A stretch of 64,000 nucleotides of DNA from Tubiluchus corallicola (Eukaryota > Animalia > Priapulida): positions 1-64,000 of the forward strand of contig JAQGDQ010000796.1 of NCBI GenBank assembly GCA_030141605.1, written 5' to 3'. How positions within the stretch are numbered: the first letter of the stretch is position 1; each line of letters opens with the position of its first letter. The notes beneath the pieces are model-generated. The model was given only the letters and a program-made list of their open reading frames with translations. It was not told the origin of the DNA and did not search any database. Positions 42,040-53,589 of the stretch are shown piece by piece. A program made the translations under genes and the position numbers.

Positions 42040-42517
42040 CAGGGGTGTGCAAATTATCTGACTAGCCGGGCCACATTAAACTTTCCCGCAATTCCTATAG
42101 GCCACAGGCAGTTTGATCAAGGAGCCAAGTACAGAAAGGCCTAATAACGATATTTTTGCATCCGACCTGCGTACATCATTACTGCTACACTCAAGAAACG
42201 ATTTTAGAAGTTATTAAAATTTATATTACAAACCATATATTTCTACTTTCAGGACAGATAGTGGTAATTTCATTACAATGCATATTAGTAATGTGTATCA
42301 CACAGTCTGTGTAGTACAGTGTTATTAAGCTACAACCGTCTTGTAAGGGTTAATGGCATCCGATCTAGTAGAAAAAACTACCTGCACTATCTTTGGGATC
42401 GTGGCACGGACTTCAGCTGGATACACTCAACTAATCGCCCGGGCCGCACTTTCATTAGGTCGACAAATCTCTTCGCGGGCCGCAAGTGGCCCGCAGGCCG
42501 CAATTTGCACACCCCTG
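42040..42517. mobile_element. hAT (Charlie-like) MITE
   Basis: 16-bp TIRs CAGGGGTGTGCAAATT / AATTTGCACACCCCTG. 8-bp TSD ATTTAGAT / ACTTAGAT. Subterminal GGCCGCA repeats. Confidence 0.9.
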
Positions 42518-42570
42518 ACTTAGATAGATAACTTCAGAAACTTGCTTTGTCCAGTGTTACCACGCTTTTA

Positions 42571-43228
42571 CAGTCATTTGCAAAAGTTTAAGACCAAAGT
42601 GATTTTTTTCATGAAAATTGCCAAAACCATCCTTTAACACGGTTCCATCTAAAGAAACTGTACTGGCACTCAATTCCAAGCCTGTCAAGCGCATCTGAGC
42701 CCGAATCTTCTTGCAGGAGCTCATCGGCGAGTGTAACACCATGCGTCTCATGATGTGGTCGTCTCTTTGGGTAGTCTTCCGCGGATGTCCTGAGCGTACC
42801 ACCATGCGTCTCATGATGTGGTCGTCTCTTTTGGTAGTCTTCCGCGGACGTCCAGACCGTTTCCTATCGCTGTAAGTGCCATCAGTTTCGAATTTGACGA
42901 TAGCTTGGTGCACGGCTGTCTTGGAAAACCGTAATCTAGCACTTATCGCCCTTTCAGTATATCCTTCTTGATGTAAAATCACGATTTGAACCCTCTGAGT
43001 CTCACTCAATGACGATTTTTTGCCCATTTTTTGGATCACAAGAAAAATACAAAAACGGCTGATCTGTATGGATAGCGGCAGGCAAATGAGTCACTCATAC
43101 TCACTAGACGTACTGTCTCAAATCACTAGCAGTATGATGCAATCAACAAAGAATCTGATGCAATCAGGGTACAGTATGATGAAAATCCCGAAAACTCGAG
43201 CTTGGTCTTAAACTTTTGCAAATGATTG
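42571..43228 (-). mobile_element. Internally deleted Tc1 element, both TIRs intact, encoding only the N-terminal HTH DNA-binding domain
   Basis: TA|CAGTCATTTGCAAAAGTTTAAGACCAA ... TTGGTCTTAAACTTTTGCAAATGATTG|TA. The ORF from ATG 43027 reads MGKKSSLSETQRVQIVILHQEG...SGRPRKTT, with two copies of a 21-aa unit. Confidence 0.93.
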
Positions 43229-43452
43229 TAAACTAAAGCTATGCATTTCAAACAAGGTGGACCACCTTAATGGAACGTAACAAAAACAACAATTAGGAAA
43301 ATTGAAAATCACAAAAATAAACAACATTGTACTTTACAATGTACTGTCCGATGTCAACCGTTCACAGTAACAGTGAACAATGTATCACAGGCTGACTACT
43401 GATTACAAGGCAAAAACTAAAGAGTATTAACAGTATCATAACTCTTTATTAA

Positions 43453-43911
43453 CCCTTTCATACCCGTTATATCCCATGGGATACGAGAATATTAAATATT
43501 TCTGCCTTTAAAATTAATAAAATTTTAAAACTGAGAGTTATTTGACATGTTAATAGTTATTTTGATTTAAGCCAATAACAATAGACTAAAAATGGTGATA
43601 AAATGGCAAACTAAAAAATCTACATAGCATAAAAAACTGTGCAAGGTACAGTACTTTAGAGATGACTTTGTACAGATCAGCATAGCATGCATACTAAATG
43701 TCTTAAATACTTTAAAAATTATCAGCATTTGCTTTTTATCATGTTTAGCAACCATTGAATCCCAATGTATCCCGTGGGATACATGCTATATTTAGCACAC
43801 GGGCACAGGTAGAAAAAAATAATTATTATGTGTAAACAAGATGGATATACTGAACAAAAGTACCAAGGCAAAATTTTTTTTCTTGTTAAAAATGATTTCG
43901 GACTGAAAGGG
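43453..43911. mobile_element. piggyBac-type non-autonomous element
   Basis: TTAA|CCCTTTCA ... TGAAAGGG|TTAA. Internal palindrome TATCCC(A/G)TGGGATA appears twice (~43470, ~43768). Confidence 0.85.
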
Positions 43912-44683
43912 TTAATATATATAATGTGCGTAGTGTCAGTGGTGTGCTGAGTGTAGTGTGGCGTAGTGTTGCAGTATGGTGTGGGTTGTCTGTTGACCTT
44001 TGCCAGTGATAAGAATATTTGACTATTAACATTGAAAGAATAAGCTTAGACGTTTTGGCATGTGTTAAGGTCAGTTTCTGGCCTTAACATGTAGGTGTCA
44101 GCACCTATGTGAACTTACCTGTAATTTTACCTGTGAAGTTGTAAATTAGGTTGAGCCTCACTAAACACGTTCACAGAAGCCTCAGCAAACGTTAAATAAT
44201 GTTTAAATAAATTTTCAAGTAATTATTTATACCGTCTTTACCTGATTTGCTGTAAATCAGTATGATGTTCCAAGGATATATTAAGTTGTTATAACCGCAC
44301 GATGTGAGTAATATTTACTTTTATTATCTTAAATTATAATAATTAAATCATTATAAATTTGTAAGCAGTGAAAGCAGTCAAATTTATTATTTTCATTTTT
44401 TTATATACAGAAATAAAGATTTCTGAGAACACCATATGCTATGAAGGAAATTCTTTTGTGTTCCCGGCATGGTTCCGGTGTCTAGTTTACATTTAAAAAA
44501 AGCTTTTGTAGGTAATATGCAAACATAAATCCGCTTCATTCCATCCACTGTATGCATTGAGGTATCAACATTTATCAGAGTATTCCACCCACTTCTATCT
44601 GCAGCTAACAGCGTTAGTTCTTCTACTCCCTACAATTGAAGGATCCCACTCTTGAGGTTACACAGAGACCATTATTACACTGT

Positions 44684-44697
44684 GTTGCCATGGTAAC
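44684..44697. promoter_or_regulatory. RFX X-box upstream of LRR gene 2
   Basis: GTTGCCATGGTAAC, a consensus X-box ~150 bp upstream of the ATG. Confidence 0.6.
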
Positions 44698-44844
44698 GGT
44701 ACAGCATTGTGTATTGTTAGTGAGTGGGCATTCATAATAAACATTCTAAGTTTGCTCATTTGAAACTTGTGTCTTCTATCTTCAATGTCACTTACGAAGG
44801 TAGTCAAGCGTAACAACCTGTCTCGTTCACTTGTCTACAACAAG

Positions 44845-45499
44845 ATGGCAGCACGTAAAGTTTCTATAATCTTTTGTGGTATATTTGTCATTGTTTTGAT
44901 GTGCATTGAGCCAGTGCTTTCAGGCTCCTGCAAGACGATTGACCATCACTTATGCCTTCATTTCACAAAGTATTACGATAAAGACGACAACTGTGCTATA
45001 TTATGCAGAAGAAACCAACCAATGTGTCACCATGGAACACCACATGAAGGCTATTGTTTAAATCCTGGAGACATCCAGGATATAGCTGACAAACTTCCTC
45101 AGCCTATAACCAGCGTGTATATTGAACGTTTCTCAACCGACGAATCTACAGGCGGTGAGCCTCTCAGAATGAATTTTTCCGGCAAATCTGTGCAACTGTT
45201 AGATATAAAATTAAGTAAATTCACTACCTTGCATGCTAATGCTATTGAAGGCACCGTAGAAAAGCTTGTATTCAGATATAATCATGACCTCAGGCAGATA
45301 CACCCACAAGCTTTTGCTAAAGTAACTGGTCTAAAAGAGCTGAAAATTCACTTTGGCACAAAAGATTTGAAGATTCCTGCCTTGGATTTGACACAAAGTC
45401 CGGATTTCGAACTCTTGCACGTAGTTGGGGTGGAGAGCATAGAGAAGCCTCAGCTACATTCGAGTCGTCCCACTTCTAAAGTTTCGATAGTGGTTGTAG
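44845..45499 (+). CDS. LRR gene 2, exon 1 (signal peptide, Cys-rich N-cap, LRR-like repeats)
   Basis: AAGATGG start and leader MAARKVSIIFCGIFVIVLMCIEPVLSG. GKSVQLLDI..FTTL..IHPQAFAKVTGLKEL..LDLTQSP aligns with cassettes 2/3 of gene 1. Donor AG|GTAAGT at 45499/45500, phase 1. Confidence 0.85.
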
Positions 45500-45540
45500 G
45501 TAAGTTTCATCTTCGACAAATAAAAGTGCCAAAATGATGA

Positions 45541-46173
45541 AAAACCTCTAGTAAACAGTGGAAACTCTACTTTCTAAAAAGATGCATGCCTTTAGAAATT
45601 AAATAAGAAAGAAATGCGTTACTGTGCTCTAACACTTCGATTATCAAACTCTCTTGTTTCTCTATAAATATATCAACAATATTAATTCTCCTTTCAAAAA
45701 CAATAAGCTCCCACTTCTTAAAAACCCCTGTATGAATAACAGAAGACTAAATTTAAGAACATTAGAGAACGAACAATCAAGAATTCCATTACTAAGCAAG
45801 CAATACAACTTTGGAATACATTACCGACATCACTAAAACACAGCAGCTCTTTATCAATATTCAAGTCTAAATTAAAAAAAACATTTAATGACTCGTTTTG
45901 AATATCTGACATACGAACACGATGATACTTACTCAAATCATAATTTCATTTTTCCTAGACCTTACTAAACTAGTTTATATTTTATTTTTTGAATTTCTAG
46001 TTGCACTTTTAGTTTAGCTTGCACCAGACGCATTTGCCCAGAACAGTGTATGTTTTTTATATGAACTAACACTGATTGTCTGTCTTCTATTATGATGGTC
46101 AATGTTTTAAAATGGCAAATAAAGATTTTACTACTACTACTACTAGTACTACTACTACTACTACTACTACTAC
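45541..46173 (+). mobile_element. LINE family B 3' fragment with (CTA)n tail, inside the gene 2 intron
   Basis: Near-identical to 1916-2230 from ~45815 onward. Frameshifted ORF2 remnant upstream. Confidence 0.85.
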
Positions 46174-46429
46174 AGTCGTTAGCCAAACCGGTTTAGCCAG
46201 AATTTGCGTGTGGGAGGCTTGACTTAGCTAGGGAGCTGCCCTCCCCCCGCTGCGCCGGCCAGTGACGCTTTTTACTCTGGGTAAAGGACAAGAAGAAGGG
46301 TACCTAAAGTAGGTTTCGAAAGAATCGCCTATTATATGTATTCATAAAAATTTTATGCCTATGTCATACTCACGTTGAAACGATTTTCTGTTTGCTTTCA
46401 TTTCAAACTTCTCGCGAGACTGTACGCGA

Positions 46430-46755
<326 letters not shown>

Positions 46756-47404
46756 GTTTATTGACTAAAACAAGTTACATGTGTACACGAGGAACGAGGT
46801 AAATGCCACAATCGATACATTAGTGATTTTAGTCCAAATGTCACTTTACGTACATTTCCTAGTCAATGTTATAGCATTAAAAACAGTGTTATGCATACAA
46901 GGTACATCAGCATAAAAGTTGCAAAATGTGATGCCCCTTAAACTTTGGCACCCCAGGTTATAGCCTAGTTAGCCTATTAGTTATTACGCCACTGACTCCA
47001 AGAGTAAAATAATTCGTTGTATTGGTTGTGTCAAGCTGATTATTGGTGTTTTAGGGTTGGCAAAACTATGAAGAGTCTGATTATAAAACTACACGTTTAT
47101 TGAACATCAAACACAATAAATATGACAGATAGTAATGCCACGCCCACTGATCTAGTCTGCTCTCCTTCAGCTCCCAGACTCAATCCCCTGAGCTGGGCGC
47201 ATCACAAGGCTTATGTATCGTGCGCCGAGCTTCGACGCCTACGCTTCGGTTCTGAATCACTTGCTCACGTGACACCACTCCTTAACTGGCTTCATGCCAG
47301 CATTCATCAACATAATTATCTATCATAATCTAACGCTTTTAACATAGTTTAACAGGTCCTCTTTACTCCAAGCCTCAATAACTAACAAGAATATTATTTT
47401 CCAG

Positions 47405-47562
47405 GTTATTGGTTGATTTGTGACGCCCGTCTTATCTGGTCTCTGGATGATGAGTGGGACTACATAGCCTTGTTCTGCGGTTTACCTAGACGTGTTGCCT
47501 TCAAAGAATTCACAACTTCAGCGTGCGTAGTGCTCGACTTATGCCCAAGAAGACTAGGCTAA
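47405..47562 (+). CDS. LRR gene 2, exon 2 (LRRCT-like cap and stop); spliced product ~270 aa, secreted
   Basis: Acceptor TTATTTTCCAG|G. The phase-1 join gives GYWLICDARLIWSLDDEWDYIALFCGLPRR...LDLCPRRLG*, matching the LICDC..W...W....C...D.CP cap of the paralogues. AATAAA at 47787-47792. Confidence 0.82.
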
Positions 47563-48589
47563 AATTTGTGTTTCTATTATTTGTCGTTCTATTTTTAGGA
47601 ATTTTTTTTTGTTTTCTCACAAAACCCATTATTTGTTTGCCTTTGTTGTTTATTTTACAAAATCATTTTTTTCCGTAGTGAAAATGTTCAGTTGTGTAAA
47701 GTCCGTAACGTGTTCTGGTGTTCGAATTATATCCGTTTACTACTTGTGGTGTATTAGCATTTTCGCTTGTACATTTTAATGTTCGAAATAAATTTTAATT
47801 AAAAGCGTCTAAAACGTTTTAGACTGTTTTGTGATGTCTATCGAAAAAATTGAATTTGATGCCAAATAGCTTTAAAGAGAGGGAGAGTCTGTCCTGATGG
47901 TGCACTGTTAACACTAATTTATGTCTAATTTATGGCAGTGAAAAGGTTGCATTACCCTTAAACCTTAGTGGGTATTGATTGATTTGCTCTTACCTGTGAT
48001 TTTGCGTTAATTGTGCTGTGAAAATAATCCAGTCAAAAATAGTCATTAGACAAACATAACGATTTGTATAAATTGTTGTCACACTAATAATACACTTTAT
48101 TAACAAATTTAACTGTTACACTTTACATTACATTACAAATTATAACAAAAATAATCACATAATTCACAGCACTTTAAATAATCTCACATACAGGCCTATA
48201 TCAAAAACAAGAAAAAGGGGGACCACCTTGTGTGGTACCGGCTAATAGGTGGTCACTGATAGGCCTATATTAAAAACAAGAAAAAGGGGACCACTCTTTG
48301 CCTGCTAATAGGTGGTCACTGATCTGCGGTGACCCTTCATTTTTATAGGCAAGGTTAACTAAACGCATGATTACACATGCATGAACGAAGCATACGATCT
48401 AAATAATATTGTAAGGCCACCAAAGAAGCCATACTTGGTTTAAAGCGGATTTTCCGACAATGTCTTTGTACAGCATTCTCGTGGTCCGTCCCGCGGGAGA
48501 ATTCCATGATGCTTATAACTTTTGTTAATTCTTCCAGCGTTGCTGATGTCCAGATCATGAAGAAAATACAATGTTAAATTATGCCCTGA

Positions 48590-48960
48590 AAAGATTTCCA
48601 TGCAAATCTATATTACTTACGCTTACCTGCTGGAAAGACTTACGTAACTAGAAATAATAATTTAAAATGTTCGTGCCAAATGGTAAAATCGCTAGTTCAC
48701 CCTCCAGGGTGCGCCACTCACTACCAAAAACGTATTTTTAATCTTATTAACAATGTACTTAATTTAAAATTTCACTTAGTTAGTAACACGTGTGCTACGA
48801 TTATTTTTCAAACTTCGCGTATTGTCTAAAATGGCTGCGACTAACGGTCAGCAGTTTAAATTTAGAAGTTTTTCACAGTGTTACTGCCGACACAAGCCCT
48901 GTATGCAAAAATACAGTATGTAATGCTATAAAATATCAGGACGAATTTTTAAGCTTTAAA
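48590..48960 (+). repeat. Old unclassified dispersed repeat (core AAATGGCTGCG.CTAAC.GTCA); other copies ~655-925+, ~6000-6260-, ~17605-17965+, ~26420-26700-, ~34120-34380-, ~58330-58700-
   Basis: Shared blocks GAAAGACTTA(C/T)GTA, CCAG(G/T)GTGC, AAATGGCTGCG and CTGTATGCAATAAGACAGCAT recognised by eye. Confidence 0.6.
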
Positions 48961-49344
48961 TAAATGATAATCAAACACATGCAGCAAAATTTAGCCCAGA
49001 AGGTCATCTCTCCTACCTCCGCTATGAACGAACGACAGTCCAATACTTTATTCTTTCAATCCCTTCCTCAGATGGTCCATCAATTAGTTGTAATATGATT
49101 TGACTCTTATTTTGGCAAAATGACAACGTGTTAGGCTCTAGTCTAAGCCTTACTCGTTACGTCACCCACTTTGAACTAAGCACCTTAGCGACAGCAAGTG
49201 GTCGCCAGGTTACAATTTTAGTGATAATTCATCCTGGTTATTTTTACACCTCAGCAACTGCCTTAAAATTAATAATAACCTCTGCCGCGCTTTCCTTTTC
49301 AGTGGAAGAAATTCAAAAATCTTGAAGCTCAAATATCAACACCA

Positions 49345-50601
49345 ATGCAGAGATGGTCAGTCGGAGTGATATCTTTACTGTTCGTTGTGGTTGGTATGCT
49401 TAACATTGGAAGTGCAAATTCACAGTCTTCTGATTGTGATATAAAGTCGTTGAACTTATCTGCGTCATATGATCTTGTACCAGGTTGTACCAGAAGCACC
49501 TATGATTCAGTAACCTGCAGTGTGAAAGGTCTTGACTGCGCATCGTGGAAGAAGTTTAAGCAAGACTTTGAAGACACCGACAATCCTGAGGTAAACCATT
49601 TCATTCTCAACAACATGGAGCTCACTGAACTACCAAGGATTTCATCAGTATATATATATATATATATATATAATAATCTTTATTTGCCATTAAAACATTG
49701 ATAATCACTGATAAAAACTTTACAGAGATAATCAATCAGTGTTAGTTAATAAAAACTTACACTGCTAAAGGCAAATGCGTCAGTGCAATCTAAACTACTG
49801 TGCAGTAATGACGAATAAAATCAAACATATTTACAACCATACACAAAACAAAAAAAAAAACAAATTATGATTTAATTAATATGGCCGTGGGTATATGAAT
49901 TCTGAATTAGTGTGTATGTTGTCGTACTGGTGTGATGGTATTTCATATGTGGTTAATATTAGTGATTTTAATTTTGTTTTAAATGCTGATAGGGACTTGA
50001 CCTATTGAATTGGGACATTTCAATCATCTTTCCAGAATTGAAAAACAGTTTGTAAGCGCGTCGTTGTAGGAAATGGTTAAAATCATCGGTTTTCCAAGGT
50101 TGTCGCATATCGACTGGGATGCGTATAACAATTTGCTGCTTCTGCGTGAAATTGTGATCAAAGATCGTCCGATGATAAAGAAACTGGCGTTCACGTTTCC
50201 CAGCTTGCAACACCTGGAACTTTTACACATAGCAAGCACTAACATTGTTACAATGGGCATGCCAATGTTTTATTCTGACGAAATGCTAAGCAAAGTAAGT
50301 CTTTACTTCGACGGAAATCCGTTAATTTGTGATTGCCAGACAGCATGGATCAAAACCAGACCCTGGAAAAGCTCTCAAGTATATTGTGATATTGTCCTCC
50401 ATGCAAAAGAAAAAGAAAAGAATTAGAGAAGTTGAAATAACTGCAGTGGATTTCTGTCCATCTAGTCCGACAGATCCCTCCTCCGGAAGGTCGAAGCTCT
50501 TGTCATAAAATAGCGTGGTACCTAGTTCTCATATCTACATATACCAAATTTTACCTGTAAATGTACTTGGGTTTATGTGCTGTGTTTTCTTTTCTAGATA
50601 A
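49345..50601 (+). pseudogene. LRR gene 3: single-cassette GPI-type paralogue, pseudogenised
   Basis: Leader MQRWSVGVISLLFVVVGML. Homology to cassette 1 of gene 1 on both sides of a LINE insertion (PEVNHFILNNM; AYNNLLLLREIVI; NPLICDCQTAW). In-frame TAG at 50067, frameshift at ~50405-50421, TAA at 50506, then NSVVPSS...VLGFMCCVFFSR* ending at 50601. Confidence 0.88.
49649..50000 (-). mobile_element. LINE family C 3' end inserted antisense into LRR gene 3
   Basis: Near-identical to 37860-38213; (TA)n tail at the left end. Confidence 0.9.
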
Positions 50602-50711
50602 ATAGGACTACAGTGAATGCTAATTATAGATTGTATGCTGCAAATCAGCTCTTATAGCTACAAATCAGTGACCTAGCAAGTCACTGAAGTACTTTTTGCT
50701 CAAGTAACTCA

Positions 50712-50836
50712 TGGCGAACACAACTGGTGGAGGAGGAGAAGACGTATGAAGACAGAGACACCTGGAGAGACGTTATCAAGTGTTCGCCGGCTGACAGATG
50801 AAAATCTACCAGGAGGATGGTGAGAAAGGTGAGAAA
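50712..50836 (+). mobile_element. Short RTE-like 3' remnant
   Basis: Reads EDRDTWRDVIK..., followed by a duplicated GGTGAGAAA tail. Confidence 0.35.
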
Positions 50837-51008
50837 TGCTGCAAATCAACTGCTATCATCTGTTAAAATCGTAAAATTATCATGTCTACAAACTTGTTGC
50901 CTGCTAATTGTAGAAAAATAAAGTTAATAATAACTTTAAATAACTTATAAAAATTGCAAGTTGAATTTGTGAAGATGTTTTGGCATCTTCACAAATTTAC
51001 ATCCAAAC

Positions 51009-51636
51009 ATCCATACAGATCGGCCGTTTTTGTATTTTTCTTGTGATCCAAAAAATGGGCAAAAATCGTCATTGAGTGAGACTCAGAGAGTTCAAATAGT
51101 GACTTTACATCAAGAAGGATATACTGAAAGGGCGATAAGTGCTAGATTACGGTTTTCCAAGACAGCCGTGCACCAAGCTATCGTCAAATTCAAGACTGAT
51201 GGCACTTACAGCGATAGGAAACGGTCTGGATGTACGCGGAAGACTACCCAAAGAGACGACCACATCATGAGACGCATGGTGGTACGCTCAGGACATCCGC
51301 GGAAGACTACCCAAAGAGACGACCACATCATGAGACGCATGGTGGTACGCTCAGGACGTCCGCGGAAGACTACCCAAAGAGACGACCACATCATGAGACG
51401 CATGGTGGTACGCTCAGGACGTCCGCGGAAGACTACCCAAAGAGACGACCACATCATGAGACGCATGGTGGTACGCTCGCCTATGAGCTCCTGCAAGAAG
51501 ATTCGGGCTCAGATGCGCTTGACAGGCTTAGAATTGTGTGCCAGTACAGTTTCTTTAGATGGAACCGTGTTAAACGATGGTTTTGGCAATTTTCATGAAA
51601 AAAATCACTTTGGTCTTAAACTTTTGCAAATGATCG
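51009..51636 (+). mobile_element. Tc1 deletion derivative (same as 42.6-kb element), left TIR lost, four 63-bp units
   Basis: Same internal junction ACAGTTTCTTTAGATGGAACC. Right TIR followed by TA. The ATG at 51055 is frameshifted by a missing A. Confidence 0.92.
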
Positions 51637-52144
51637 TACTGCACGATGAAAACTCTCCATCACAGTAGGGGTAACGTTAAATCATTTACGTTGTCTTAAA
51701 AAGTACGAAAGTCGACAGGCCTCCCCATTTAAGTTCATCTGAAATTTTTATTCCTAGAAATTTGAAAACTTTTTAACGATTTCTACAGCTGCATTATTTA
51801 TAAGCAATAATCCAATGATTTCATGTGATTTTACTGAATTCGCGTGTCGCGTCGTCATTAAACCGCCGGTGCGCTCTCTTCAGGGGAATGCATTAGAAGT
51901 TAGATTAGAGACATTATTCTATCATGCTGATTGAGCTGCACTCCTATTGGCTAATACTGACTATTGTGTTGGCCTAATTCAGTTAACCTAATGCCATTAG
52001 TAGACGCAAATGTGATTCTGATATCATCCGCCGAGGGTTCAGTTTGGCTTCATTATCTAGACTGGTAACGTGATTCGTTATTGACTATTTATCATTGTGA
52101 CAAATGCGAGTGAGGTCACGTCAAGCCAAAGAGAAAACTAGAGT

Positions 52145-52550
52145 CAATTTATAAACCCTATAAAAACTGTAACACGTATAATTTCCACAGTGTACCCATA
52201 TTTGACAAAATAACCGCCATTTTAGATTTCAATATGGCCGCGTGTGGAGCTTAACCACTGAAGTATTTACTACAATCAATTTATAAAATAAAGATAATTT
52301 AAACCTTGTGAAATTATAACACGTAAGATTTGCACCTAACAATTGTGATTTGGCAAAAATAACCGCCATTTTACATTTCAATATGGCCGTGTGAGGTAGC
52401 TTAATCACTCGAGTTTTAAGAAAATTAATTTATAAAACAAAAATATCTTCAACCCTATAAAAACTTTAATACGAAAGATTTTCACAATGACATTCGTGAT
52501 CTGACAAAATAACCGCCATTTTAAATTTCAAAATGGCCGCCCTTTATAAA
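52145..52550. repeat. Three diverged ~150-165-bp units, probably internal repeats of a non-autonomous DNA element
   Basis: G(A/G)CAAAATAACCGCCATTTTA.ATTTCAA.ATGGCCG recurs at ~52203, ~52352 and ~52502. Confidence 0.7.
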
Positions 52551-53589
52551 ATTTATTGTTTTTTTTTGCTGACACTTTTCAGAGGCAATTCGCAGACTGA
52601 TGTCCGGCAATGCCAATTGACATTTTCGTGCAAAATGGTCCTCAAAAAGGTACATTTGTGTGCATCAGAACAATATAGTTTATAGCTTTCGTATTTGTAC
52701 GTATTTTATGCACTTGTTTTATATATCGTATAATATGTACTGAAATAAATTTTCAATAAATAAAGCAATGAAATATTTGTCATTATAATAGTAGTCTGAA
52801 ACATTATTTTTTGATTGGTCAAATACATTTACATTTTTACATAAATTCTCCAAACGAGACTGTATAGCTAAGGCATAACTTGTACGGAATATGTTTTTAT
52901 CGTGTTAGCCGTTAATGTATTTTTGTTTTTATAGTCACAATGTATGTATCTTGTTTACAGTGTATACTGCGTTGTTGGCATCCTTCTGTCTCGGAAGACA
53001 ATGGAATGTGCGCCAAGAGAGTCTGATTCTTGAACGTCTCCAGGGCACACACCTGGGCAATGTGTATGGAGATTCTGAGTTGCCCAGACAACAGGAACCC
53101 CTTCTCTTCCTCCATGGTGTAGGTCAAAGGAAAGCGGAGTAAAACAACGACTGTAGATGGCAGCATAGACTAAATCAGTACTTTAGTGTAGTAGACTGAC
53201 AATTAAATGGATCACATAATACTACATTCGCGTACTCGGTACAATAAGCGACAGCAATATTATTATAATTTAACGCGTACAGTTATCTATAAAGCGCATT
53301 ATCTTATATGTTATCTCATTCATAGGGTCTTGTGAGTAGGCAATTTTTACAAGCCTGAACAACATGTTAATAAATTCTGTTGAAATAAATCGTTACAAAC
53401 CAACGCTGCACGACAACATACTCTCTGTAAAAAAATTAGCATCACGTGGCTACAAAATACGACGTTTATTATGGCGCACCCTGTACATGGCTTCATAACA
53501 CATGAATTCTAGCAGCGTTTATACGACGCCTAAGCAGCCGTAGTTAATAGAGTGTAGCGAGAACGTGAGTGATAATTCAATTATCTAAA

